From Patescibacteria group bacterium (GTDB lineage Bacteria; Patescibacteriota; Patescibacteriia; Buchananbacterales; UBA6539): DNA of 64,000 nucleotides. This document shows, in pieces, positions 9,260 through 18,846 of the stretch. The position numbers and the translations under genes were made by a program. The first letter of the stretch is position 1. Every line of letters starts with the position of its first letter. The notes under the pieces are model-generated. The model did not search any database. It was given only the letters and a program-made list of their open reading frames with translations, and was not told the DNA's origin. The stretch spans positions 855,710 through 919,709 of the forward strand of contig JBAZSB010000001.1 of assembly GCA_041662625.1 (NCBI GenBank), in the 5' to 3' direction.

Positions 9260-9976
9260 TTATTGGCTCTTAATTCTTTTTCTTAAAGCTAAAACTTCTT
9301 TAAAATAATTCCAACTTAAAGCCAACATGTTAACTCGGCTCTTATCAGTGCCTTCCCGCGGATCCTGCCAACTGATAGGTATTTCTTTAATTTTATAACC
9401 TTTTTTTTCGGCCAAAATCACCAGCTCGGAATCAAAAAACCACTGCTGATTGTTAATTAAATCAAGAAGATTTTCTTTAACTTTTTGGTTGATGGCTTTA
9501 AAACCGCAAGGCGCATCATTGATTTTTAAAGCCAAAATAATTTTTAAAACCAAGCGATAAGCCTGAGAAGTTAATTTCCTACCCAATGAACGGACGACTT
9601 TTGATTTCGGATGAAAGCGTGAACCAATCACTAAATCATTTCCTTCCTTAATCCCCGAGATTAACTGGGGCAAAGCAGCTAAATCAGTGGCTAAATCCGC
9701 ATCCATAAAACAATAAATATCGGCTGAGTCCTGCCGCCAAGCAGTTTTGATCGCTACCCCCTTACCTTTTTGACTAACAAATAAATATTTAACCGCTGGA
9801 AACTTAGCTGCTAAATCTTTGCCAATAACAGAAGTTCGATCTTTGGAATTATTATCGGCAATAATAATTTGCCAATCATCGCTTAAGTTCTGCTGGCAAA
9901 AAGCCAAAAGTTTTAAAACACTTTTTTCTAAGATTGATTCCTCATTGTAAGCCGGGATGGCAATTAAAATTTTCAT
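9260..9976 (-). CDS. GT2 glycosyltransferase (Dpm1/ArnC-like), paralog of 61934-62713
   Basis: ILIAIPAYNEE...IIADNNSKDRT...FMDADL; the C-terminal QWFFDSEL...GYKIKEIPISW is shared with 61934-62713. Confidence 0.75.
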   Translation of the reverse strand: MKILIAIPAYNEESILEKSVLKLLAFCQQNLSDDWQIIIADNNSKDRTSVIGKDLAAKFPAVKYLFVSQKGKGVAIKTAWRQDSADIYCFMDADLATDLAALPQLISGIKEGNDLVIGSRFHPKSKVVRSLGRKLTSQAYRLVLKIILALKINDAPCGFKAINQKVKENLLDLINNQQWFFDSELVILAEKKGYKIKEIPISWQDPREGTDKSRVNMLALSWNYFKEVLALRKRIKSQ

Positions 9977-9980
9977 GAAT

Positions 9981-12131
9981 TTAATCTTCCTGTCTAAATT
10001 TTATTGATTGATTAAAATAGTTCTGAAGTGTTGGTGACCAAAATCGATTATTCTTATAAAGATAATGCTGGTATAAAAATAACTGAGAAACCATTTTGTC
10101 TAGCTGGTTAAACTGGTTTTTTTCTTGATCTTTTACGTCGTTTTCCTCAGCCCGGCCGTCCTTTAAATTATAAAGTAAATTAACATCTTTATAAAACCGC
10201 TTCATCACCTTATAGTCTCCCTGGCGATAAGTTGACATACAACCAAGATAAGGCGAAGTGGCATACATAAACGAGTCTTGATAATTTAACTGATTTGCCA
10301 AGAGATCCTTACCCTGAAAATGATTCATAATTTTTATTCCCAAAAGATCTAAAATAGTTGGGGCGATGTCAATTTGGCTACTGACCATATCATTTTGACC
10401 CTTTAATTTTTCGCCCCCGTTATTAACAATCACCAAAGGAATCCAAAGATTTTCTTCATGCAGAGAAATAAAATTGATGAAATTAAAAATTCTTTCCCCA
10501 ATCGGCTGACTGTTATCGGCCGTAATAATAATGATTGAATTTTTAAACCAATCTTTATCTTTGTTTTGATCAAAAAAATCGCTTAAAACCGAATCAGAAT
10601 AATGCAGCAGATTAAAAATTTGGTGAGCAAAAGTATCATTGGGATAAAGTGCTGGTTCCCCCTCTGGCAAATAAAAAGGATGGTGAACTGCCAAACCGTA
10701 AACTGTCAGAAAGAAGGGTTTTTTATCTAAATTATCAAGTTTTTCCGTGACTTGACTAAATAAAGCCCGGTCGGTAATCCCCCAGGCCGGGCCATTGAGT
10801 CCGCCTAATTCATCTTTACCTAAAACTTCGGCAAATCCAATTTTTTCGAAAAATGGCCGTTTGTCCAAAAATTTCAGGTCACCAGCCTGCATTTCAATAT
10901 TATAATAATCAAACTGCTGCAAAATCTGGGGTAAGCACAATAAATCAGTATTTAAATTATCATTAATCTCTGGTGGCCCGGTCTGAGGATAGAGCGAACA
11001 AAGCGTACTGATGATTGATCGGGTAGTATCGGTTCCATTGCTATAAAAATTGGTAAAAGATAAATTATCCTGTGACAATTGACTAAAAAATGGGGTAATT
11101 TCCGGAGATAAATATTTAGCGCCAAATGATTCTAAAAAAATCAAAATGACGTTTGGTTTAGCATCATCAATTCCATCGCAGTTTTCATCAATTCGATTAT
11201 TTAAAATTTCTTTGGCCCCGGGGCGGATATCAGATTTAGTATCGTCACAATCAAATTTTAAAATATAACCATCATTATCTCGATCTTGCTGGCACTCTTC
11301 CTCAGTAACTAAGCCTAAACGACAAAGGTCACTGGTTGGTGCTTTGGCCAAAGGATAATTATCATCAAAATAACGAAAGTCAGGCGCTAACGGATTAAGT
11401 TGGAAATAATGCTGGTCTAGATCCGTTACTTCCATTTTTTCTATTGCTTGGGATTCGGCTGAACGGTGGCAATAATTACTGTCGGTAGTGGAAATTAAAT
11501 AAACAATAAAATTATTGCTGATACTCTCAACAAAAAAATCAGTGAAAATAATTTTAGGAATAGTTGTAAGCAACCCTACCAATAAAAGTAGGAAAATAAA
11601 AAAAATGGAAACCCGCCATCTAATCGACGGCAAATTCTCCCTTTTAATCCGTGTGACGATGCAATAGCTCGAGCTAAAAAATAAGATGATAAAAAATAAC
11701 AAAAGAACTAAATTGGGCCAAGTAAAAAAAGCTAAAATTGAAGCGGCAAAATTAGCCGTGTAAATGGCAAAGGCAAAAAGAGTATAATGGAGATGCGATC
11801 GGGCCAAGGAGAAATAAACGGTATCAATAAAAGTCAGAGCTAGGATTAAAAGCTCCAAAGAAAAAATAAAGATTAACCCAATCTTAAAAAAAATCAAATT
11901 AGAATTATCCTTTTTCAAGATAAAAGAAAAAAGGAGAAGCAATGCTCCAAAAATTAGCACCACAATTGAATCTTCAAGGGCACCGGTCAAAAGTACCAGC
12001 CAAACTGAATCAAAGCGGTTGATAAAAGACTGAAAACCATTAACATAAATTAAAAAAATTCTCATCAGCGAGAATAAAGCAAAGAAAACGACTAAATTAG
12101 AGAATAGTGAAACCTCAATCTTTCTTCTCAT
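9981..12131 (-). CDS. LtaS-family sulfatase-like membrane enzyme (phosphoglycerol/phosphoethanolamine-transferase-like)
   Basis: N-terminal 5-6 TM segments followed by an alkaline-phosphatase-superfamily domain (ILIFLESFGAKYL, NGTDTTRS, HHPFYLP). Contains an inserted Cys/Asp motif DCDDTKSDIRPGAKEILNNRIDENCDGIDD. Confidence 0.6.
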   Translation of the reverse strand: MRRKIEVSLFSNLVVFFALFSLMRIFLIYVNGFQSFINRFDSVWLVLLTGALEDSIVVLIFGALLLLFSFILKKDNSNLIFFKIGLIFIFSLELLILALTFIDTVYFSLARSHLHYTLFAFAIYTANFAASILAFFTWPNLVLLLFFIILFFSSSYCIVTRIKRENLPSIRWRVSIFFIFLLLLVGLLTTIPKIIFTDFFVESISNNFIVYLISTTDSNYCHRSAESQAIEKMEVTDLDQHYFQLNPLAPDFRYFDDNYPLAKAPTSDLCRLGLVTEEECQQDRDNDGYILKFDCDDTKSDIRPGAKEILNNRIDENCDGIDDAKPNVILIFLESFGAKYLSPEITPFFSQLSQDNLSFTNFYSNGTDTTRSIISTLCSLYPQTGPPEINDNLNTDLLCLPQILQQFDYYNIEMQAGDLKFLDKRPFFEKIGFAEVLGKDELGGLNGPAWGITDRALFSQVTEKLDNLDKKPFFLTVYGLAVHHPFYLPEGEPALYPNDTFAHQIFNLLHYSDSVLSDFFDQNKDKDWFKNSIIIITADNSQPIGERIFNFINFISLHEENLWIPLVIVNNGGEKLKGQNDMVSSQIDIAPTILDLLGIKIMNHFQGKDLLANQLNYQDSFMYATSPYLGCMSTYRQGDYKVMKRFYKDVNLLYNLKDGRAEENDVKDQEKNQFNQLDKMVSQLFLYQHYLYKNNRFWSPTLQNYFNQSIKFRQED

Positions 12132-12134
12132 GAC

Positions 12135-13682
12135 TTAATCTAATTTATAAATCTTAGCCTCCTGGTTTTTAAACACCTCCTGAAAATGAAAATTACTGGC
12201 TAAATTCTGATCAAAAGCCTCATTATCCTGAATATTAACAAAGACATATTTAGCGCCAAAAACTCGTTTAATTATCTCATACAAGTTGGCATTGAATTGA
12301 CCTGTTGTGATCTCAGACCATTGCTGATATAAGCCCGGATTATAAAAATACATAAAAGTCGGATCAAGCCCAACCAGGTAATAATCAAAACTATTATGGA
12401 AAAACAAAATCGGAAATTCGTCCCAGTCACTATGAAAAACGATATCACCAGCCTCAGAATTTTCTTTAAGCCATTGCATTGGCTCGGCAAAGGTATTAAA
12501 GGCAAAACCATTTTGAAAGGAATGCTTAATTGAAGTCAGGTCATGATAAAAAACCGGTGCCAAAACCAAAAAAATTAGCAAGGGAGTCAAAAAAACCAGG
12601 CGAACTGGCATTATTTTAGGCAAATTTTTCTTAATTAAAACAAAAAAATCAGCCAGACTTAAAGCGGAAAAACAAACCGCTAAAGGAACAAAATATTCAA
12701 TGTACCGCCTTGATTTTAAAGTGAGCATAAAAAACAAGAAACTTAATATGAGAAAAAACCAAGAATTCATTGACTGTTTTTTAAAATCAGTAGTAAAAAT
12801 AAAAACTGCTAAAAAATACAAAAGCCATAACGGGGCAGCCGCTAAAAGCAAATGCGAAAATTGGTAAGGATACCACTCCCCACCAACGCCAATGGAGTAT
12901 TGGTAGTTTAAAACCGCAATTTTAAAAGATTGCTGCCAGTAAAAGTCAAGATTCCAAGGAAAATAAGGACTAAAAAATACACCGGCGGCGATCCCAAGCA
13001 AAATACTGACCACTAGTAAAAGATTTTGCCCATAAATCTTTTTTTTCTTGAGCCTTAAAAGAAACCCACCCCGCTTCCAATAAACAAATAAGCTACTCAC
13101 CAGACCATAGATGACGGCTAAAACTAAAAGTAATGGCCAACCGCCATAAAGCCAAACATAAAGACAGGAAACCAAAATCAAAAACAAGTAGCGCCGGGTA
13201 AACAAAAGGTAGATAATTAAAAAAAGAAAAATTAAAACCAAAGCTTGGGCTTTAGCCAAATTCACGCGGAAAATAAAAGGATTGACGGTCAATAAAAACA
13301 AAGCGTACCAAAAAGCCCCTTTGACTTTAAGCTGCCGCAAAAACCAAAAAAACGTTAAAATTAACAGACTGGCAAAAGTTACCGTGGCAATCTTTAAACC
13401 AAAAAGCGGTGAAAACAATTTAACAAAAGGGATTAAAATTAAATGGTAAAGAAAATGGTGGTCAACAAAATTATATTTTAGATTAGTGGCCGTTAGCCAG
13501 GGAAATTCGGTAATGGCACCTTTCTCCGCTAAAATCTCAGCCAGCTTGGCATGATAAAAAGAATCGGGATCAGCAAAGGTCGAATCAAACTGTAAATAAA
13601 TAAATAAGCTGACCGTAATCAAAAAAAGTACGAGGTACTGCCGCTTGGAAAAAAAATTGCTAATTCGATTGATTGAAAGCAT
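12135..13682 (-). CDS. Polytopic membrane protein with a C-terminal soluble domain (glycosylation-associated, unknown)
   Basis: 515 aa with about 10 TM segments; lies in the operon with GT2, GT-C and PMI genes. Confidence 0.35.
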   Translation of the reverse strand: MLSINRISNFFSKRQYLVLFLITVSLFIYLQFDSTFADPDSFYHAKLAEILAEKGAITEFPWLTATNLKYNFVDHHFLYHLILIPFVKLFSPLFGLKIATVTFASLLILTFFWFLRQLKVKGAFWYALFLLTVNPFIFRVNLAKAQALVLIFLFLIIYLLFTRRYLFLILVSCLYVWLYGGWPLLLVLAVIYGLVSSLFVYWKRGGFLLRLKKKKIYGQNLLLVVSILLGIAAGVFFSPYFPWNLDFYWQQSFKIAVLNYQYSIGVGGEWYPYQFSHLLLAAAPLWLLYFLAVFIFTTDFKKQSMNSWFFLILSFLFFMLTLKSRRYIEYFVPLAVCFSALSLADFFVLIKKNLPKIMPVRLVFLTPLLIFLVLAPVFYHDLTSIKHSFQNGFAFNTFAEPMQWLKENSEAGDIVFHSDWDEFPILFFHNSFDYYLVGLDPTFMYFYNPGLYQQWSEITTGQFNANLYEIIKRVFGAKYVFVNIQDNEAFDQNLASNFHFQEVFKNQEAKIYKLD

Positions 13683-13687
13683 AAAAC

Positions 13688-14764
13688 TTAACTGATTTTT
13701 TTCAACTGATCTTTAAAATAATCTACCCACGGAATCAGAGTCGGGTTAGTATTATTAAGGATAGCCAAATAAAAAGTGACATAACTGCTTAAAAGTAAAG
13801 CCTCTAAAACCTGCTCAAATTTAGTTTTGGCACTGAGTTGATAAGAAACTTGTTTGACTTTATTTTGGGTAACTACTTTTTTGGTAATCTGGTAACGAAT
13901 TTGGTTTTTTGGTTGATAAAGTTTAGATTCAAGAAAAATAAATAGCAAACTTTGCTGATTGGTTTTAGGATATTTCAGTCCTTCTAGTAAATGATGGTTT
14001 AACTCCGGGATTAAATAATAGCTGGAAAAAGCCTTGGCAGTTTCATTGGTTTGATTGGCAAAAACATGGGCATTGCCTGCCAAAAATTCTGAAGCCACAA
14101 TCGCCAGACTTTTACCAAAAGCTTTTAAAGCTAAACTTTTGGCGGGATTTTTCGCCTCAGTTTTGGCAAAGCCAAAATTATTATTAAACTGACTAATAGT
14201 TTTCAGCCCCTGGCTAACCTCAGCATCACTCAGCTTAATTAACCCCAATTTTTTAACTAAAGCCAGCTGCGCGCCCAAAGAATAACCAAGACCCAGGCGT
14301 GGCTGAGACGAAGGGTTAAAAATTGGATCAAAAACATAACCCGGAATTTTACCCTGTTTAATTAAACCAGCCAATTTACCGCCAGAAGCAATACCAAACA
14401 GTTTTGCCCCGCGCTTTTTGGCTTCAAGAAAGGTCGAGATGGGCTCTTCGGTATTACCGGAGTAACTGGAAATGATATACAAAGTTTTTTTATCTAAACT
14501 GGCCGGCAGACTATAACTATTGATAATGCTAACGGGTAACTTTAACTGATCAAAAAAAAGCGCTCGTAAAACATGGCTGCCTAAAGCCGATCCGCCCATG
14601 CCATTAATTAAAATTTTATTAATCTGTCGATAATTTTTGGGAATTTTTACTGCTTTAAACTCCTGCCAGGCAGAATTAAGTTGTTCGCCCAGCATCTCAA
14701 TTGACCCTAAAACATCGCTTGGATCTAACTTTTTAATCACTTTTGTATTATCTAGGCTATTCAT
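13688..14764 (-). CDS. Bifunctional phosphoglucose/phosphomannose isomerase (SIS domain)
   Basis: INGMGGSALGSHVL and ISSYSGNTEE SIS motifs; about 358 aa, typical of archaeal-type PGI/PMI. Confidence 0.7.
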   Translation of the reverse strand: MNSLDNTKVIKKLDPSDVLGSIEMLGEQLNSAWQEFKAVKIPKNYRQINKILINGMGGSALGSHVLRALFFDQLKLPVSIINSYSLPASLDKKTLYIISSYSGNTEEPISTFLEAKKRGAKLFGIASGGKLAGLIKQGKIPGYVFDPIFNPSSQPRLGLGYSLGAQLALVKKLGLIKLSDAEVSQGLKTISQFNNNFGFAKTEAKNPAKSLALKAFGKSLAIVASEFLAGNAHVFANQTNETAKAFSSYYLIPELNHHLLEGLKYPKTNQQSLLFIFLESKLYQPKNQIRYQITKKVVTQNKVKQVSYQLSAKTKFEQVLEALLLSSYVTFYLAILNNTNPTLIPWVDYFKDQLKKIS

Positions 14765-14948
14765 ATTCGGTCCGGATTAATTAATGATAACTATCTAATT
14801 ATACCATAGAAACCAAGGCTTTGCTATTGAAAAAAAGCCTAAAAATTGCTAGAATAAAACTGGCGAAAAAGTAAGAAAATGAGAAATTAAGAAAATAAAG
14901 GCTTTAATTTTTTAATTTCTTATTTTCTTAATTTCTTATTCTTGACTT

Positions 14949-15659
14949 ATGTCTGGCCACAGCAAATGGGCAACTACTAAAAGACAAAAGGGCGCGGCTG
15001 ACGTTAAGCGCGGCGCTATTTTTACCAAACTTGGTAATGCCATAACTGTGGCAGCCAAACTGGGCGGCGGTGATCCGGAAAGCAACTTTAGATTGCGGCT
15101 GGCTATTGATCTGGCCAAATCCGCCAACATACCCAAAGACAATATTGAACGTGCCATTAAGCGCGGGACTGGCGAGCTAGGCGGCGGAATAATCGAATCA
15201 ATTACCTATGAAGGATTTGGCCCTTTTGGCACAGCCTTTATCATTGAAGCTTTAACTGATAACCGCAACCGCAGCAGTTCATCAATTAAACATACTCTGA
15301 CCAAATATGGCGGTAGCTTAGGCGTAAGCGGCAGTGTCGGCTGGCTGTTTGAACAAAAAGGCGTGCTCCGCATTAAAAAAATCAATGATGAACTGGAATT
15401 GGAGCTAATCGATGTTGGCCTGCAAGATTTCGCCATTGAAGAAGACGGCGTAACTATTTATACCGCACCAACTGACTTAAAAAAAGTTAAAGACTTTTTA
15501 GAAAAAAAAGAGATTGCTGTTGAATATGCGGAAATTGAACAAGTGGCTAAAGAAAAAAAACAATTAAGCCCTGAAGAAAAAGAAAAACTGGAAAAACTTT
15601 ATGCCGAGCTTGAAGACAATGAAGACGTCAATAACTATTACACCAATGCGGAAATCTAA
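14949..15659 (+). CDS. yebC: YebC/PmpR-family transcriptional regulatory protein
   Basis: MSGHSKWATTKRQKGAADVKRGAIFTKL... canonical N-terminus; 236 aa. Confidence 0.9.
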   Translation: MSGHSKWATTKRQKGAADVKRGAIFTKLGNAITVAAKLGGGDPESNFRLRLAIDLAKSANIPKDNIERAIKRGTGELGGGIIESITYEGFGPFGTAFIIEALTDNRNRSSSSIKHTLTKYGGSLGVSGSVGWLFEQKGVLRIKKINDELELELIDVGLQDFAIEEDGVTIYTAPTDLKKVKDFLEKKEIAVEYAEIEQVAKEKKQLSPEEKEKLEKLYAELEDNEDVNNYYTNAEI

Positions 15660-15684
15660 AGCTACGAACAATGAACTAAGAACT

Positions 15685-16200
15685 TTGAATTCTAAACCAA
15701 AAGTTCGGAGCTCAGAGTTCGGAGTTCAAAGCCAGATTATTCTCGGCATTGATCCAGGGCTGGCTGACACCGGTTTTGGCATAATCCAAAAACAAGGCAG
15801 CAAACTAAAATTGATTGACTATGGCTGTATTAAAACCAGCTCAAAACTGGCCATGGAAAACCGGCTGGAAGAAATTTATCAGTCACTAACTAAATTGATA
15901 AAAAAATACCGCCCGCAGTTGATTGCTGTAGAAAAATTGTTTTTCTGCAAAAATGTTAAAACCGCTTTGGCCGTCGGCCAGGCCCGCGGCGTAGTGATAT
16001 TAACTGCCGGGCAAAATAATCTGCCGCTTTACGAATTTACTCCTTTACAGATCAAACTTGCCCTGACTAGCTACGGTAAAGCTGATAAAAATCAAGTCCA
16101 GCAAATGGTTAAAATAATTTTAGGCTTAAAGCAAATTCCCAAGCCCGATGATGCGGCCGACGCTTTAGCCGCGGCAATCTGCTGTGCTCATTCGCTTTAG
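15685..16200 (+). CDS. ruvC: Crossover junction endodeoxyribonuclease RuvC
   Basis: ILGIDPGLADTGFGII, AVEKLFF, DDAADALAAAICCAH. The start is uncertain: no in-frame ATG precedes the fold, TTG at 15685 is proposed, and the ORF-track start at 15601 overlaps yebC. Confidence 0.8.
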   Translation: MNSKPKVRSSEFGVQSQIILGIDPGLADTGFGIIQKQGSKLKLIDYGCIKTSSKLAMENRLEEIYQSLTKLIKKYRPQLIAVEKLFFCKNVKTALAVGQARGVVILTAGQNNLPLYEFTPLQIKLALTSYGKADKNQVQQMVKIILGLKQIPKPDDAADALAAAICCAHSL

Positions 16201-16280
16201 ATTAGGGAGTAGGTGGTAGGTTGTAGGTTATTAGTTCAGCCTAGCACCTAAATTCCTAGTACCTAATTTCCTAACTTCCT

Positions 16281-17354
16281 ATGAATAACAAGATAAAAAA
16301 ACTTATTGCCAAAAGCCGGGAAGTAATTTCGGATAGCGCTTTGGATAATGGCGCCATTGTGGCGGCTAATTCGGATAAGCCTTATTACCCACGCAAAGCC
16401 CGAGATTATCACTATGTCTGGCCCCGGGATGCCGCCTATATCTGTGTTGCCGCCAAACTGCTTGGCTTAAACAAAATTCAGGAACCATTTTTCGCCTGGC
16501 TTGAGGAAAGGCCGCAGGATTTTAAAAAGGAAGGCAAACTTTTTGGTAACTACTCGGTTAATGGCCCCCATAAAGTTAAACAATTCCAGCCGGATCAAGC
16601 CGGGGCAATGCTTTGGGCAATCTATAATTTTTATCAAGAGAATTTAAGTGGGGCGCAAAAGCAAGAAATTTTAATCCGCCGCTTGGCCGATGGTTTGACT
16701 GATGACTGGCAGGACAGATATTTTTTTACCAATACCGTTGATTTGTGGGAAGAAAAAAATCGGCAGACTTCGACGCAGGTGGAAAATAATCATACTTACT
16801 CCCTGGCTGCTTGTGCTAGCGGCCTAATTACCGCCGCCAAAATTTTTAAAGGTAAAAAATGGGAGGAAGCAGCCCAGCAAATGATCAAACAAATTAATGA
16901 GGCTTATCGAGTGGATAAAAAAATTTTTGTGAGAAACCATGGTAAAATTGACGATCTTAATATCGACGCTTCACTTTTAGGCCTAGTTTATCCTTTTGCT
17001 GTCATTAAAGCCAATGATCCCAAAATGATTAATACCGTCAAACAAATTGAAGAAAAAATTGTCACCGGTGGTGGGGTCCACCGTTATCAATTTGATTATT
17101 ATGATGGCGAGGGCTCAGCCCAAGAAGGTGGCGGCGCTTGGCCGATTTTAAACTTCTGGCTGGCGATTTACTTTGTTTTAGCCGGTGATAAAACTAAAGC
17201 GAAAAAATATTACAACTGGGTAATTGACCGGGTGGGTGATGACTGTTTAATTCCGGAGCAGATTTTTGACGATTTCCGAACCGGAATTAAACCACTGGTT
17301 TGGTCACATGCGATGTTTATTATTGCTTCTCATTATTTAGGCGAACTAAAATAA
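16281..17354 (+). CDS. Glycoside hydrolase family 15 (glucoamylase/glucodextranase-like)
   Basis: YHYVWPRDAAYICVA is a GH15 signature; the alpha/alpha-toroid size fits. Confidence 0.65.
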   Translation: MNNKIKKLIAKSREVISDSALDNGAIVAANSDKPYYPRKARDYHYVWPRDAAYICVAAKLLGLNKIQEPFFAWLEERPQDFKKEGKLFGNYSVNGPHKVKQFQPDQAGAMLWAIYNFYQENLSGAQKQEILIRRLADGLTDDWQDRYFFTNTVDLWEEKNRQTSTQVENNHTYSLAACASGLITAAKIFKGKKWEEAAQQMIKQINEAYRVDKKIFVRNHGKIDDLNIDASLLGLVYPFAVIKANDPKMINTVKQIEEKIVTGGGVHRYQFDYYDGEGSAQEGGGAWPILNFWLAIYFVLAGDKTKAKKYYNWVIDRVGDDCLIPEQIFDDFRTGIKPLVWSHAMFIIASHYLGELK

Positions 17355-18844
17355 TGAAAGGAAAAAAATTACAAATTGTCCATATTGCTTCCGAAGTGGA
17401 GCCATTTTCCAAAACTGGCGGTTTGGCTGATGTGACCAGTTCCCTGCCCAAAGCCATAAAAAAAATCGGCCATCGGGTGATTGTTATTACGCCGTTTTAT
17501 AATGAATTAATTGATCCCAAAAAATATAATTTAAAATTAATCGCCGAAGAAATCGATTTACCATTAAGCGAAGGGGTGACAATGAAGGTTAATTTTTGGC
17601 AAGGCGAACTAGCTGAAGGCTTACCAATTTATTTTGTTGACAATAATAAATATTTTGGGCGGCGCAAAACTATTTACGGTTCGGAGCATGAAAATGCCCG
17701 ATTTTTCTTTTTTGATCTAGCCGCCTTAAAATTGCTGAAAATAATTGATTTTAAGCCGGATTTAATTCACTGCCATGACTGGCATGCCGGCTTGATCCCT
17801 TACTTTATTAAACGGCGCTTTAAAGATGATCCATTTTTTGAAAAAGCTACTACCCTTTTCACTATTCACAATCTTTTATTCCAGTTCGGCCATAATTGGT
17901 GGCAGGTTAAAGGTAAATTGCGCGACAATGGCACCACCCGCCTGCCAAAATTTGAGCACTCCGCCAAATTGGAAAGGATTAATTTTGCCAAAAGAGCCAT
18001 TATTAATGCTGATTTAATTAATACCGTTTCGGAACAATATGCCCAAGAAATTCTGACTAAAAATTTCGGCCAGGACCTTCATCGGATTTTAAAAAATAGA
18101 GAAGATCGAGTTTTTGGCATTGTTAATGGTATTGATTATAAAGACTATAACCCAAAAACTGATCCGGGCTTAGAACAAAACTACGACTTTAACTCTTTGG
18201 AAAAGAAATTAGAAAATAAAAAAGCGCTGCAAAAATATTTTAATCTGCCCGTTGACACTCACATTCCCCTTGTAGGCATGGTTACCCGGATTGCCGAACA
18301 AAAAGGTTTTGATCTACTGATGAAAATTATTGAGGATGTCTTAAAAATGGAAGTCCAATTCGTTATTATGGGTTCGGGCGAAAAAACCTATGAAAGTTTT
18401 TTTAAAAAAATTCAAAAACAATACCCCAAAAAAGTCGGCATTCATTTGGAATTTGAGGCAAAAAAAGCCACGCTGGTTTATGCCGGTACCGACATGTTTT
18501 TAATGCCCTCCCGTTTTGAACCCTGCGGCCTGGGCCAATTAATCAGCCTGCGTTACGGCTCGGTGCCGATTGTCCGCGCCGTCGGCGGCTTGGCCGATAC
18601 GGTAACCAATTTTAACCCCCAAAGGAAATATGGTAATGGCTTTGTTTTTGACAGCTATAATCACCGATCATTATTAATTGCCATTGTCCGGGCAATAGAA
18701 ACTTATAACCACCGCGAAGTTTGGCAAGCACTGGTTAAAAAAGGCATGCAGCAATCTTTTTCCTGGGAAATCCCCGCTAAAAAATATCTGACTTTATACC
18801 GCAAAGCAATTAAACAAAGGCAGTCTAATGCTAATAATAAATAG
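17354..18844 (+). CDS. glgA: Glycogen (starch) synthase, GT5
   Basis: KLQIVHIASEVEPFSKTGGLADVTSSLPKA is the canonical GlgA N-terminus; the ATG at 17354 overlaps the GH15 stop (TAATG). Confidence 0.85.
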   Translation: MKGKKLQIVHIASEVEPFSKTGGLADVTSSLPKAIKKIGHRVIVITPFYNELIDPKKYNLKLIAEEIDLPLSEGVTMKVNFWQGELAEGLPIYFVDNNKYFGRRKTIYGSEHENARFFFFDLAALKLLKIIDFKPDLIHCHDWHAGLIPYFIKRRFKDDPFFEKATTLFTIHNLLFQFGHNWWQVKGKLRDNGTTRLPKFEHSAKLERINFAKRAIINADLINTVSEQYAQEILTKNFGQDLHRILKNREDRVFGIVNGIDYKDYNPKTDPGLEQNYDFNSLEKKLENKKALQKYFNLPVDTHIPLVGMVTRIAEQKGFDLLMKIIEDVLKMEVQFVIMGSGEKTYESFFKKIQKQYPKKVGIHLEFEAKKATLVYAGTDMFLMPSRFEPCGLGQLISLRYGSVPIVRAVGGLADTVTNFNPQRKYGNGFVFDSYNHRSLLIAIVRAIETYNHREVWQALVKKGMQQSFSWEIPAKKYLTLYRKAIKQRQSNANNK

Positions 18845-18846
18845 CC

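Noticed and set aside
12272-12511. 79-aa minus-strand ORF nested inside the 12135-13682 membrane-protein gene
   Set aside because: Out-of-frame overlap inside a longer, well-supported CDS.
15601-15684. ORF-track start of ruvC overlapping yebC
   Set aside because: It would add about 45 non-conserved residues and overlap yebC by 59 nt. The conserved RuvC fold begins at ILGIDPG, so an internal TTG start is more plausible.
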